DNA from: an uncultured Pseudomonadales bacterium
GTDB taxonomy: Bacteria > Patescibacteriota > Microgenomatia > UBA1400 > PJMF01
NCBI GenBank assembly: GCA_964611955.1
Contig: CAZTBN010000001.1
Location: forward strand, 24,858 to 73,858
Length of the DNA stretch: 49,001 nt
Direction: 5' to 3'
Shown: positions 36,553 to 46,957 of the stretch, piece by piece
Numbering within the stretch: the stretch's first letter is position 1
Layout of the letters: every line of letters starts with the position of its first letter
Program-made: the position numbers and the translations under genes
Notes under the pieces: model-generated
Databases searched by the model: none
Seen by the model: only the letters and a program-made list of their open reading frames with translations
What the model was told of the DNA's origin: nothing

Positions 36553-37569
36553 ATGCCACTTATTGAACTTCAGCCCTTTTTATCGATTATTATTGTTTCT
36601 TTTAATACCAGTAACTTAACCTTGCAGGCAGTTAAGGCTGTCATTGCTGAGTTAAAATCAAGCAAAACTCTGCACCAAGCCAGCGAGATTATTGTCGTAG
36701 ATAATCATTCTCAAGATGATTCTGTAGCACAATTAAAACAACTGCAAAAACAAACTCCCCAATTAATTATTATTGAAACTGAAAAAAACTTAGGTTTTGC
36801 TAAAGCCAATAACTTAGGTATTAAACAAAGCCAAGGTAACTATATTTTGTTACTTAATTCTGACACTATTGTTCAGCCAGGTGCTTTAACACAACTAGTC
36901 CGCACCTTTGAAATAAATCCAGTGACTGAAGTGACTGCTGCTTTATCATCTCAGCAAGGAAAACTGGATAAACTAGGCATTCTAGCCGCGACTTTATTAT
37001 ATCCAGACGGTTCTTGGCAAGCTCAAGGTGGTCAAGTTCCCAATTTAATTACCTTAATGATGCAAATGTTTTTCCTGGATGATCTGCCTGTGATTGGTCC
37101 TTTATTACCCAGTGCACAAGAGACTGGCCGCACCGGTCGTTTGAGAAAAAAGTTATTGGTTTCGATTACCACTCAACCTCAGCAAAAAGGGTGGGTGGGT
37201 GGTACGGCCATGATGATTAGAAAAGAAGTTTTACAGGATATTGAGTTGCTAGACGAAAATATTTTTATGTATGGTGAGGATATGGAGTTTTGTCTTCGCG
37301 CCCGCAAACATCACTGGGATATTGCCCTTGATCCTCAAGCCAAAGTCGTTCATCTAGGTAGCGCTAGTTCGTCAGCGGAAAATGCCATTTTAGGAGAGTT
37401 CAAAGCTTATTTATATATTTGGTCCAAGCATAAGCCTCATTGGCAAATTCCTTTAGTCAAGGGTATTTTATATCTAGGAGCCCAGCTAAGAAGATTTGTT
37501 TTTGGTACAATCTTAAAAGACCAAGCTAAAGCTCAGGCTTACCAAAAAGCTAAAAATTTGTTACTCTAA
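36553..37569 (+). CDS. family 2 glycosyltransferase, rhamnosyltransferase-like subclass
   Basis: LSIIIVSFNTSNLT, VVDNHSQDDS, GFAKANNLG, LLLNSDT, GGTAMMIRKE, MYGEDMEFCLRA. Confidence 0.85.
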   Translation: MPLIELQPFLSIIIVSFNTSNLTLQAVKAVIAELKSSKTLHQASEIIVVDNHSQDDSVAQLKQLQKQTPQLIIIETEKNLGFAKANNLGIKQSQGNYILLLNSDTIVQPGALTQLVRTFEINPVTEVTAALSSQQGKLDKLGILAATLLYPDGSWQAQGGQVPNLITLMMQMFFLDDLPVIGPLLPSAQETGRTGRLRKKLLVSITTQPQQKGWVGGTAMMIRKEVLQDIELLDENIFMYGEDMEFCLRARKHHWDIALDPQAKVVHLGSASSSAENAILGEFKAYLYIWSKHKPHWQIPLVKGILYLGAQLRRFVFGTILKDQAKAQAYQKAKNLLL

Positions 37570-37581
37570 AATCTTTGTGAT

Positions 37582-39303
37582 ATGACTAAAAAATTTAATA
37601 AAATTTTAAATTGGTTTGATGAAAATATTTTGTTGATTTTGAGCGGTTTTTTAATTGCTTTTATTCCTTTATTTCCCAAAATTCCTTTAGTTGATTTAAT
37701 TCCAGGCTATATTGTGCGCATGCGTATTGAAGATATTTTTGTTTTTATCACTGCTTTGGTCTGGTTTATCCAAGTCTTGAGAAAAAAAGTCAAATGGCAT
37801 TCAATCATCTTCAGCATTATTGTGGCATATTTAGTGATTGGGCTGTTATCAATTCTGTCAGCGATCTTTGTTATTCCTAGTATTCCTTTACAGCTGCTTC
37901 ACATTGGTAAAACAGTTTTACACTGGGTGAGATATTTTGAGTATTTTATGCTGTTTACCATTACCTTTTCTGCAGTGAAATCTAAAAAAGATGTGCAACT
38001 TTTAATTTATATTGTTATTTTGACCACTTTAGCCATCGTTGTTTATGGTTATGGCCAACGTTATTATTACTGGCCAGTGTACTCAACCATGAATCGAGAG
38101 TTCAGTAAAGGCGTTCGGCTTTACTTAACTGAAAATGCTCGAGTTCAGTCCACGTTTGCTGGACATTATGATTTGGCAGCTTACTTGGTGATTGTTTTAA
38201 ACTTAATTTTAGCATTAGCACTAAAAGCTACTCGGAAACTAAAAAAAATATTATTTTATGGTGTTTATTTAGTTGGTTTGTGGTTGCTAATTTTAACTGC
38301 CTCTCGCGCTTCATATATTGCATATTATTGCGGAACTTTAGCTGTAATTGCTTTAATCACTGCTGAACAAAAAACCTTAGCTAAAAAACTTAAATATGGG
38401 TTGTCTCATTTTGTCGGTTTTTCCTTATTAATGGTGATCATGACTTTGACTTTTGGTAAAGATATTCAAGACAGATTTTTGCATGTCATGCGAGCTTATC
38501 CTGAAATTGAACATAATGTAGTGGCTGCTAAAGAATTTGTAGAAAATTCTACACACGACATTGAAGCATTTCTAGGCCTTAAGGAAAAAAGAACCATTCC
38601 TGATAATTGGGTAGGAGTAGATAACGTTTTAACCAATACTGATGAACGACCAACCACAACTGCTCCTGATCGCACTCGGCCAGATGATGTTTACGTTGAT
38701 GTACCTATCACTACCAGTGTTGCCACTGAATCTGCTGATGGTACTACTACCTATACCACTGTCAGTAGTGAACGCACTTGGTCAGCCAATGCTATGAAAT
38801 ATGGCCTGTCGACTGCCATACGTCTGGATACTCTCTGGCCCAATGCCATTAATGGCTTTAAGTTTAATCCTTTACTGGGTAAGGGTTATGCCACCTTAAA
38901 CAAGGAATCATTTGAGCATTTTACTGAGGCTGAGAGTACAGATAATAATTATCTTCGTATTTTAGGAGAAACAGGTTTATTAGGATTTATGACTTTTTTT
39001 GCTATTGTAGTCATTGCTATTTATTTAGCCTTTAAATTCTCGCAAGCAGATCACTCTGACACTGCCGTCATTAGTATTGGTTACATTGGAGCTTCAATTG
39101 GTTTATTGGTTAATGCCCTTTATATTGATGTATTTGCTTCATCAAAGATAGCCTTTACCTACTGGGCTATTACCGGTGCAGTCATGGCTCTTTATACTCT
39201 TGAGTCTAATCAACCATTGCTGGGAAAAATAAAGATAATGACTCGCTCTCGCCACTCAAAAAGTTCTGTTCCAAATCAACTAAACTTAAAAAAGAAGTCT
39301 TAA
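37582..39303 (+). CDS. O-antigen ligase / Wzy-like polymerase family membrane protein
   Basis: Blocks typical of the Wzy_C/O-antigen-ligase family: STFAGHYDLAAYL, ILTASRASYIAY, RLDTLWPNAINGFKFNPLLGKGYA, TDNNYLRILGETGLLGF. There is a large external loop with a Thr/Pro-rich stretch. Confidence 0.75.
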   Translation: MTKKFNKILNWFDENILLILSGFLIAFIPLFPKIPLVDLIPGYIVRMRIEDIFVFITALVWFIQVLRKKVKWHSIIFSIIVAYLVIGLLSILSAIFVIPSIPLQLLHIGKTVLHWVRYFEYFMLFTITFSAVKSKKDVQLLIYIVILTTLAIVVYGYGQRYYYWPVYSTMNREFSKGVRLYLTENARVQSTFAGHYDLAAYLVIVLNLILALALKATRKLKKILFYGVYLVGLWLLILTASRASYIAYYCGTLAVIALITAEQKTLAKKLKYGLSHFVGFSLLMVIMTLTFGKDIQDRFLHVMRAYPEIEHNVVAAKEFVENSTHDIEAFLGLKEKRTIPDNWVGVDNVLTNTDERPTTTAPDRTRPDDVYVDVPITTSVATESADGTTTYTTVSSERTWSANAMKYGLSTAIRLDTLWPNAINGFKFNPLLGKGYATLNKESFEHFTEAESTDNNYLRILGETGLLGFMTFFAIVVIAIYLAFKFSQADHSDTAVISIGYIGASIGLLVNALYIDVFASSKIAFTYWAITGAVMALYTLESNQPLLGKIKIMTRSRHSKSSVPNQLNLKKKS

Positions 39304-40775
39304 TGCAACTATCATTTCAGCGCTTGGCGCAAATTTGCCGTCACCATAATTTTCAACTAGTCATTATTTTGTTAATCTCGTTTATTTTTCGTTTGTATCG
39401 AATTGATAATCCTATGCTAGATTGGCATGCTTTTAGACAAGCAGATACTGCTTCAGTCACTTATCGCTATACACAAGAAGGAATTGATTTGTTGCATCCC
39501 AGATATCACGATTTATCTAATATCCAATCTGGACTGGAAAACCCGCAAGGTTATCGTATGGTTGAGTTTCCCTTTATTAATGGCTTGATTGCTCAAATTT
39601 TAATTGCTTTTCCTGCCTTAGACTTTGCTATGACCAATCGTTTTATTGCAATATTATTTTCTATGGGTACACTGCTTTCTTTTTATTGGTTAATCAGCTC
39701 AATCAGCTCAAAAAAAATAGCCTTAGTCAGCACTGCTTTTTTAGGATTTTTACCATACTCAATTTATTATTCACGCGTGGTTTTACCAGAGCCGTTCATG
39801 TTATGTTTTAGCACACTCTCTTTAGCCCTATTTGTGGCATATTTTAAACAAAAAAAATCTGTTTTTATTTGGTTGTCGTGTTTATGCCTAGCATTAGCGC
39901 TATTACTTAAACCATTTGTGGCTTTTTTAGCTCCAGTTTATTTTACGCTCATGCTGATTTATGATCCTAAATTTTATAAAAAACTTAGTATTTATTTATA
40001 TCCCTTATTAGCCTTTACGCCCTTAGTTTTGTGGCGAATCTGGATCAATAACTTTCCTGAAGGTGTGCCAGCTTCGGAATGGTTATTAAATGGCGATGGC
40101 ATTCGCTTACGACCGGCTTGGTTTCGTTGGCTTTTCTGGGAAAGATTAACCAAGATGTTTGCTGGTATCACCGGCTTATTTTTTATTGCTGCCAACTTAA
40201 CCAAACGAGACCGCTTGTTAATTATCATCGGTAGCTGGTGGCTTGGCATTCTCGGTTATTTTATTGTAGTGGCAACCGGTAATGTTAAACACGATTATTA
40301 TCAAGTTTTAAGCTTACCCATTCTTGCTTTTACTTTAGGCAGAGGTAGTTTTTTATGGACCAATTTTTTATCTAGATTCCTGAAAAACAAAACAAGTTTT
40401 GCTCGGATTTTGGCTGTGGCTAGCACAATAGTGATTACAGTTTTACTGTTCACTATTAGCTGGATTCAAGTTAAAGGTTTCTTTAATGTCAATCACTGGG
40501 AATATGAAAAAATTGGACAAGAAGCAGATAGATTATTGCCTAAGCAGGCTAAGGTGATTGCTCCAGCTATGGGTGACACCATGTTTTTATTCCAAACTAG
40601 AAGAACTGGCTGGCCCATTGGTTTTAACATTGATGAAAAAATCAAACAAGGTGCTACTCATTATGTAACCAACATTTTTGACGATGAGGCGACTGAATTA
40701 GAAAATAAATATATCACTCTTAAAAAAACTAGCGAGTATATTATCATCGATCTTACCAATGAAAAATTACCCTAA
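39303..40775 (+). CDS. GT-C membrane glycosyltransferase (ArnT-like, RQADTA subfamily)
   Basis: The first loop after TM1 reads MLDWHAFRQADTASVTYRY. YSRVVLPEP and KPF blocks follow, with 11 or more TM helices and a soluble C-terminal domain. TAATG stop/start overlap with the upstream gene. Confidence 0.65.
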   Translation: MQLSFQRLAQICRHHNFQLVIILLISFIFRLYRIDNPMLDWHAFRQADTASVTYRYTQEGIDLLHPRYHDLSNIQSGLENPQGYRMVEFPFINGLIAQILIAFPALDFAMTNRFIAILFSMGTLLSFYWLISSISSKKIALVSTAFLGFLPYSIYYSRVVLPEPFMLCFSTLSLALFVAYFKQKKSVFIWLSCLCLALALLLKPFVAFLAPVYFTLMLIYDPKFYKKLSIYLYPLLAFTPLVLWRIWINNFPEGVPASEWLLNGDGIRLRPAWFRWLFWERLTKMFAGITGLFFIAANLTKRDRLLIIIGSWWLGILGYFIVVATGNVKHDYYQVLSLPILAFTLGRGSFLWTNFLSRFLKNKTSFARILAVASTIVITVLLFTISWIQVKGFFNVNHWEYEKIGQEADRLLPKQAKVIAPAMGDTMFLFQTRRTGWPIGFNIDEKIKQGATHYVTNIFDDEATELENKYITLKKTSEYIIIDLTNEKLP

Positions 40776-40787
40776 TTTTTTTGTTTT

Positions 40788-41972
40788 ATGAAAATTTTAA
40801 TGCTGACTCCTTATTTACCATATCCACTTTTGTCTGGTGGACAGATTAGAACCTATAATTTACTCAAACAGCTCTCGAATAAACATGAGATTACCTTATT
40901 TGCACTGATTAAAAATAATCATGAAAAAATATATATCAAGGAAATTCAGCCTTTCTGTAAAAAAATTAAAGTTTTTAAGCGCTCTAGTAAACCATTTACT
41001 CTGCTCAATATCTTAAAAACTGCTTTTTCTAGTTATCCATTTTTAGTGATGAGAAATCGTGTTCCTGAAGCTGTGGCTGCTATTAAAGATGAGCTAGCCG
41101 AGAATCAATACGATCTGATCCATGCTGAAACTTTTTACATGATGCCTCATATTCCTACTACTAAAACTCCAGTGCTGTTGGTGGAGCAAACCATTGAATA
41201 TTTAGGCTATGAATCTTATGCCCATAAAAAATCATTACTAGTCAAATTAATGCTCAATTATGATGTAGATAAGATCAGAAAATGGGAAAAGTATTATTGG
41301 CAAAAGGCTAACAGACTGGTCACCATGAGCAAAGAGGATCAAGAGTATGTGCAACAATTTTTAGTTAAAAAGAAAAAAGTAGAGGTGGTTTCTAATGGAG
41401 TTGATAGTGCTTGGTTTGCGCAAACAAAACGGCAACTACCTGAAAAACCAACCGTGGTTTATGTTGGCACTTTTAAATGGTTGCCTAATATCGAAGCTGT
41501 TCAATATTTAGTAAAAGAAGTTTGGCCCAAAATTAAGCAGAGTATGCCCGATGTCCACCTAAATATTGTAGGCAATGAACCTACTCCAGAAATTGTTAAT
41601 TTTCAAAATTTAGATGACAACATTCATGTCACTGGCAGAATTCCTGATATTCGGGATGCATTTAAACAAGCTCATGTTTTATTAGCGCCTGTGTTTAGTG
41701 GTAAAGGCACGCGCTATAAAATTCTAGAGGCTATGGCCAGTGGCACCCCAGTGGTTGCTACCACCACAGCAGTAGAAGGACTTAACCTGAAACACAACCA
41801 ACATGCTCTGATTAGTAATGATGCCCAAACTATGGCTGATTATGTTGTGCAGTTGTTGAATGATGAAAAATTATGGAATCAGTTAGCCACTAATGGCAAA
41901 AAAATTGTCAGTCAGCAATATGATTGGCGACTCATTTCCAAAAAATTAGATAAAATTTATCAATCAATGTAA
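40788..41972 (+). CDS. family 4 (GT-B) glycosyltransferase
   Basis: MKILMLTPYLPYPLLSGGQIRTYNLLKQL, YVGTFKWLPN, GKGTRYKILEAMASGTPVVATTTAVEGL. Confidence 0.85.
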   Translation: MKILMLTPYLPYPLLSGGQIRTYNLLKQLSNKHEITLFALIKNNHEKIYIKEIQPFCKKIKVFKRSSKPFTLLNILKTAFSSYPFLVMRNRVPEAVAAIKDELAENQYDLIHAETFYMMPHIPTTKTPVLLVEQTIEYLGYESYAHKKSLLVKLMLNYDVDKIRKWEKYYWQKANRLVTMSKEDQEYVQQFLVKKKKVEVVSNGVDSAWFAQTKRQLPEKPTVVYVGTFKWLPNIEAVQYLVKEVWPKIKQSMPDVHLNIVGNEPTPEIVNFQNLDDNIHVTGRIPDIRDAFKQAHVLLAPVFSGKGTRYKILEAMASGTPVVATTTAVEGLNLKHNQHALISNDAQTMADYVVQLLNDEKLWNQLATNGKKIVSQQYDWRLISKKLDKIYQSM

Positions 41973-41988
41973 TTAAACATCTTTTTTT

Positions 41989-42861
41989 ATGAAGCAAGCC
42001 ACTCTGACATTAGTAATTTTGAACTACAACAGTAAATTTTGGCTAAAAAAGTTACTGGAAAGTCTTAAAACTTATTATTTAGATAATACTAAAACTAAAG
42101 TGGCAACGGTGGTGGTTGATAATCACAGCGATGATGATTCATTAGCTATGCTCAAAACAGATTTTCCTTGGGTGAAACTTGTGGAACAAGAAGAAAATCT
42201 TGGTTTTGCCGCAGGCAACAATGTGGTTCTGAAAAGAATAGAAACCCCTTATGTGATGTTGCTCAATAGTGATACTGAGCTAACTGCCAACTCAAATTTA
42301 GATTCTTTAATCACTTTTATGGATAACAATGAAAAGGTGGCTGTAGCCACTCCCAAACTTCTTCTTTCCAATGGTGCTTTAGATTGGGCTTGCCATCGAG
42401 GAGAACCAACTCCCTGGGCCTCTTTCACTTACTTTACTAAACTAGCTCAGTTACTGCCTCAGTCACAGCTATTTGGTCAATATCATCAAACTTACAAAGA
42501 TTTAGCAACCCAACATTTCATTGCTGCTTGTAGCGGAGCAGCCATGTTAATTAGAACTAAATACATGAATGAGGTTGGGTTCTTAGATGAAAACTTTTTT
42601 ATGTATGGTGAAGATTTGGATTGGTGTAAACGATTTAGAAATGCTGGCTATCAAATCAGTTTTCATCCAGAAGTCAGTATTATTCATCACAAATATAAAT
42701 CAGGTATTCAAACAGAGTCGCCTTTAACTTCTTTACAGTCTAAACGTTATTTCTACAACACTATGTTGCTGTATTATGACAAACATTATCTTGATAAATA
42801 TCCTAAAATAATTAGGTTTTTTCTCAGATTATTTGTTTTTATCAAAAAAGGAGGCATGTGA
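41989..42861 (+). CDS. family 2 glycosyltransferase, rhamnosyltransferase-like subclass
   Basis: LTLVILNYNSKFWL, VVDNHSDDDS, GFAAGNN, MLLNSDT, CSGAAMLIRTK, MYGEDLDWCKRF. Confidence 0.85.
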   Translation: MKQATLTLVILNYNSKFWLKKLLESLKTYYLDNTKTKVATVVVDNHSDDDSLAMLKTDFPWVKLVEQEENLGFAAGNNVVLKRIETPYVMLLNSDTELTANSNLDSLITFMDNNEKVAVATPKLLLSNGALDWACHRGEPTPWASFTYFTKLAQLLPQSQLFGQYHQTYKDLATQHFIAACSGAAMLIRTKYMNEVGFLDENFFMYGEDLDWCKRFRNAGYQISFHPEVSIIHHKYKSGIQTESPLTSLQSKRYFYNTMLLYYDKHYLDKYPKIIRFFLRLFVFIKKGGM

Positions 42862-44021
42862 GTTCAAACTCCACCACCAATAAACCCTTAACCATTGGTA
42901 TTGATGCCAGATTGTGTGGCAAAAGGCATGCTGGTATTGGTCGCTATATTGAAAATTTACTAGTAGAGCTGGTCAAATTAAAACCAAACTCAGTTAAGTT
43001 CATCTTTTTTTTTCATGATCAAGAACAAGAGCAAGCCATAAAAAAAATAATAGGAACTGATCAGAACTATACTGCTGTTTTTGTGCCTATTAGGCATTAT
43101 TCTCTGGAAGAACAATGGCGCTGGCCTAGAATTCTACACAGTCATCATTTGAGTTTGCTTCATGTGCCTCATTTTAATATTCCCTTGTTATATCAAGGAA
43201 AAATCATCATTACCATTCATGATTTATTATGGCATGAGCAAATAGGTCCTCAAGCCACAACCTTGAGCGCTAGTAAATATTATTTAAAATACTTAGCTTA
43301 TCGCTTAGTCACTAGCCAAGCACTAATGAGAGCTAAAAAGATTTTAGTGCCTACAAAAACAGTTAAAAATATTTTGGCAAAATTTCATGCTCAAGCTTTA
43401 GACAAAACTGTAGTCACTTATGAAGGTATTAGTGACTCTTTTTTACAAATTTTTGAAAAACTCAAGAAAAATCCGCAATTATTAACTAAAAAATTTAACA
43501 CCAACTCATTAATTTATGTCGGTTCATTATATCCTCACAAAAATATTGAGGTTGTTTTTCAAGCTTTAACACTAAATCCCAAACTGTTATTAACTATTGT
43601 CTGTGCTCGCAATGTATTTTTAAAAAGAACTCAGGAACGGATCAAAGAATTACAGCTAGAAAAACAGGTCACGCTCACTGGTTACTTAACTGATCAGCAA
43701 TTAATTTCTGCCATGCAATCATCATTAGCTTTAATCCAACCATCTAAATCAGAAGGTTTTGGTTTGACAGCCATTGAAGCCATGGCAGCAGGCACTCCTG
43801 TGATTGCTTCCAATCTACCGGTTTTCCAAGAGTTATATGCTGATGCACCAATGTATTTTAATCCTAATAATGTTAATCAACTGTTGGCTCAAATTAATAA
43901 TTTACAACAACCTAAGCTCAGAGTTGAGCAAATTAAAAAAGGACTAAAAGTAGCTGATCAATATAGCTGGTCAAAGATGGCTCAAATAACACTAGATCAA
44001 TATTTGTCAGTTGAAGATTAA
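42858..44021 (+). CDS. family 4 (GT-B) glycosyltransferase
   Basis: GTG start inside ATGTGA (4-nt overlap), preceded by GGAGG at 42850-42854. LTIGIDARL, IITIHDLLWHE, YVGSLYPHKN, SEGFGLTAIEAMAAGTPVIASNLPVFQE. Confidence 0.85.
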   Translation: MSSNSTTNKPLTIGIDARLCGKRHAGIGRYIENLLVELVKLKPNSVKFIFFFHDQEQEQAIKKIIGTDQNYTAVFVPIRHYSLEEQWRWPRILHSHHLSLLHVPHFNIPLLYQGKIIITIHDLLWHEQIGPQATTLSASKYYLKYLAYRLVTSQALMRAKKILVPTKTVKNILAKFHAQALDKTVVTYEGISDSFLQIFEKLKKNPQLLTKKFNTNSLIYVGSLYPHKNIEVVFQALTLNPKLLLTIVCARNVFLKRTQERIKELQLEKQVTLTGYLTDQQLISAMQSSLALIQPSKSEGFGLTAIEAMAAGTPVIASNLPVFQELYADAPMYFNPNNVNQLLAQINNLQQPKLRVEQIKKGLKVADQYSWSKMAQITLDQYLSVED

Positions 44022-44036
44022 TTTTGTTGACTCACT

Positions 44037-45221
44037 ATGACAGAACTTCAGCCCTTGAGTGCTAAACAAATCAAAGTAGCTTTAATCTATGATCGGGTAA
44101 ATGCTCCCTATGGTGGAGCAGAGCAGGTGTTGCTAGCTTTACAACAACTATTTCCTGACGCTCCACTTTTTACCTCAATCTATCAAGAGAAAAAAGCTCT
44201 CTGGGCTAAACAATTTACTGTTATTCCCAGCTTTTTAAATAATATTCCCTTGGCCAAAACTGCTTACCGTTGGTTTTTGCCACTAATGCCTTTGGCTTTT
44301 GAGTCTTTGGATTTATCAGCGTATCAATTAATTATTTCCGTGACCAGTGCTGAAGCCAAAGGCGTAATTACGCAACCAAATCAAACTCATGTCTGTTATT
44401 TACTCACTCCACCTAGATATTTATATGATTTTAAAACTGAATATATTCAAGCACTACCTCTATTTAAATGTCCCATCGTTAAATTTTTAATTCAACAACT
44501 ACTAGCTTATGTGAAATGGTGGGATCAAGTGGCGATTTCGCGGCCTGATGTCATTATTCCTTTATCAAAACTGGTGCAAACCAGAGTTAAGAATATCTAT
44601 CATCTAGCCACTGGTTCAGTAATTTACCCGCCCATTGATGTGATCAACTTAGCAAGTGATGATCAATCATTAACTCAGTTTTCTTTACCGCAAGAATTTT
44701 TATTAGTTGTAAGCCGTTTAGTGCCCTACAAACGTCTTGATTTAGCTATCAGCGCCAGTTATCAACTAAAACAAAATTTGGTCATAGTAGGTGAGGGTCC
44801 AGAACTTACTAGACTTAAGCGTCAGGCCAGACAACTTGCTCAAACTCACCAAGAATCAAGAATCTATTTTTTACCCACTCAACCTCAATCAATAGTTAAT
44901 GCTTTGATTAAAAAAGCTAAACTCTTTCTAGCTCCAGGGATTGATGATTTTGGTTTAAGTCCGTTGCAGGCAAATTTGATGGGAACACCAGCGATTATTA
45001 ATGCTCACAGTGGGGTAGCCGAGGTTTTTCAAGCTGGGATTCAGGGAGAAAAAATGAGTCAGTCGTCTAGCGATGCCTTGGTAACCAGTCTGCAAAAAGC
45101 GCTATCAACTACTTATAATTCTGCTAAAATGAAAAACTATGTATCTCAATATAATACCAACAAATTCTTGCATGAATTTGCAAATGTGTTACAACCTTTT
45201 ATATCACAATACATAAATTAA
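44037..45221 (+). CDS. family 4-like (GT-B) glycosyltransferase
   Basis: KVALIYDRVNAPYGGAEQVLLAL, VVSRLVPYKR and DDFGLSPLQANLMGTPAIINAHSGVAEV (degenerate E-x7-E region). Confidence 0.7.
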   Translation: MTELQPLSAKQIKVALIYDRVNAPYGGAEQVLLALQQLFPDAPLFTSIYQEKKALWAKQFTVIPSFLNNIPLAKTAYRWFLPLMPLAFESLDLSAYQLIISVTSAEAKGVITQPNQTHVCYLLTPPRYLYDFKTEYIQALPLFKCPIVKFLIQQLLAYVKWWDQVAISRPDVIIPLSKLVQTRVKNIYHLATGSVIYPPIDVINLASDDQSLTQFSLPQEFLLVVSRLVPYKRLDLAISASYQLKQNLVIVGEGPELTRLKRQARQLAQTHQESRIYFLPTQPQSIVNALIKKAKLFLAPGIDDFGLSPLQANLMGTPAIINAHSGVAEVFQAGIQGEKMSQSSSDALVTSLQKALSTTYNSAKMKNYVSQYNTNKFLHEFANVLQPFISQYIN

Positions 45222-45230
45222 TAATCAAAT

Positions 45231-46334
45231 ATGAAAAACTATAACCATGTCTATGCAGTGATTCTCGCAGGCGGAGGTGGCACCAGACTTTGGCCAAAAT
45301 CTAGAGATAATTATCCTAAGCAATTTTTAAAACTGGTTGATCATCGCACCATGGTTCAGGTGGCAGCAGATCGCCTGCATAAAATGTTACCTTGGGAAAA
45401 AATTATTGTAGTGAGCAACAAGCAATATGAACAAGATATCAAAGAGCAACTGCCACACATTCCCACCACTAACATTATTTGTGAGCCTGATAAAAAGGAA
45501 ACTGCTTTGGCTATGCTGGTCGGTGCATTGTATGCCAAAACACTTGATCCTAAAGCAGTAGTCATGAATGCTGCTTCTGATCACACCCTGACCAATGATG
45601 ATGAGTTTATCAGAGTCATGACCCAGGCTTTAGCTGTAGCCAGCGAAAATGATTATTTAGTAACTATAGGGATTAGTCCAACCGAACCTAATACTGGCTT
45701 TGGTTACATTAAAGCAGGCAAAAAAATTAAAACATTAACTGATACCTTACCTTTATTTCAAGTAGAAAGTTTTTCTGAAAAGCCAAATCTTGAAACTGCT
45801 CAAAAATACATTGCCACTGGCAAATATTATTGGAATGCCAATATGTACGTCTGGTCTGCTGACAGCATTATTAATGCTTTTAAAAAATATGATGCAGAGT
45901 TTTATGATTTAACTCAAACACTGCGTCAGTTAACTGGGACAAAATTCCACCAAGCCTTACCAGCCATTTATCTAAAAGCTAAAAAGATCTCAATTGACTA
46001 TGCCATCAGTGAAAAAGCAGATAATCTAGTTTTAATTCCTGGAGATTTTGGTTGGAATGATGTGGGCTACTGGAAAGTGGTTTATGATTTAGGTAAAAAA
46101 AATGATCAACAAAATGTGATTACTAATGATCATGATCAGCCTCAAACGATTGCTATCAATTCTGAAAATAACTTAATACACACCAATAACCGTTTGGTGG
46201 CTTTATTAGATGTTAATGACATGATTATCGTTGATACTGATGAGATTTTATTGATCGTGCCTAAAGATAAAAGCCAAGATATTAAAAAAATTGTGGAGCA
46301 GTTAAAAGACCAAGATAAAAAAGAATACTTATGA
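45231..46334 (+). CDS. manC: mannose-1-phosphate guanylyltransferase (no PMI/cupin domain)
   Basis: VILAGGGGTRLWPKSRDNYPKQFL, EPDKKETALA, GISPTEPNTGFGYI, FSEKPNLETAQKY, YWNANMYVW, GWNDVGYW. Confidence 0.9.
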   Translation: MKNYNHVYAVILAGGGGTRLWPKSRDNYPKQFLKLVDHRTMVQVAADRLHKMLPWEKIIVVSNKQYEQDIKEQLPHIPTTNIICEPDKKETALAMLVGALYAKTLDPKAVVMNAASDHTLTNDDEFIRVMTQALAVASENDYLVTIGISPTEPNTGFGYIKAGKKIKTLTDTLPLFQVESFSEKPNLETAQKYIATGKYYWNANMYVWSADSIINAFKKYDAEFYDLTQTLRQLTGTKFHQALPAIYLKAKKISIDYAISEKADNLVLIPGDFGWNDVGYWKVVYDLGKKNDQQNVITNDHDQPQTIAINSENNLIHTNNRLVALLDVNDMIIVDTDEILLIVPKDKSQDIKKIVEQLKDQDKKEYL

Positions 46335-46957
46335 CCTACAATCAACAAAAAAGAGTCTTAGACTTGATCGTGGCCATCACTTTAATCATTGTTTTTTTAC
46401 CTTTCTGGATTGTTGTGCCGATTCTTATCTATCTAGATTCTGGTAAACCAATTATTTTCAAGCACCGTCGAGTTGGCAAGGATGGCAAAGAGTTTATGAT
46501 TTTTAAATTTCGCTCCATGGTGCCGAATGCTCAAGATTTATTAACCAAAAAATATCCTCAATTACTCAAACAATTCAAAGAAGGCGACTGGAAAATTGAG
46601 GCTAAACGCGATCCTCGCATTACTAAACTAGGTCGGTTAATGCGCACCTTTACCATTGATGAGTTTCCTCAATTATTTAATGTCATCAGGGGAGAAATGA
46701 GCATGGTCGGCCCCAGAGCTTACGTGGAACAAGAACTAAAAGAGCAGATGGATAAACATCCAGAAACAAAAAAATATTTGAAAAATATTTTAGCTGTTAA
46801 GCCAGGCATCACTGGTATTTGGCAAACTAGCGGTCGCAATGAAATTCCTTTTACCCAAAGAGCTAAAATTGATTCTCACTATGCCACTGATAACTGCTTA
46901 TGGCACGATCTTAAAATTTTACTTAAAACTCCCCACGCCATGTTATCTAAGTGGTAA
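46331..46957 (+). CDS. small monotopic phosphoglycosyl transferase (bacterial sugar transferase, PglC/WbaP C-terminal type); pathway-initiating enzyme
   Basis: Re-entrant helix LDLIVAITLIIVFLPFWIVVPILIYL, then PIIFKHRRVGKDGKEFMIFKFRSM, DPRITKLGRLMRTFTIDEFPQLFNVIRGEMSMVGPRA, KPGITGIWQ. ATGA overlap with manC. Confidence 0.9.
   Translation: MTYNQQKRVLDLIVAITLIIVFLPFWIVVPILIYLDSGKPIIFKHRRVGKDGKEFMIFKFRSMVPNAQDLLTKKYPQLLKQFKEGDWKIEAKRDPRITKLGRLMRTFTIDEFPQLFNVIRGEMSMVGPRAYVEQELKEQMDKHPETKKYLKNILAVKPGITGIWQTSGRNEIPFTQRAKIDSHYATDNCLWHDLKILLKTPHAMLSKW

Noticed and set aside
39992-40249. 85-aa minus-strand ORF inside GT-C gene 39303-40775
   Set aside because: It is an antisense shadow ORF within a continuous multi-TM coding frame.
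45356-46348. Three minus-strand ORFs (45356-45565, 45387-45584, 46142-46348) inside manC
   Set aside because: The manC frame is strongly supported end to end. These are antisense shadow ORFs.
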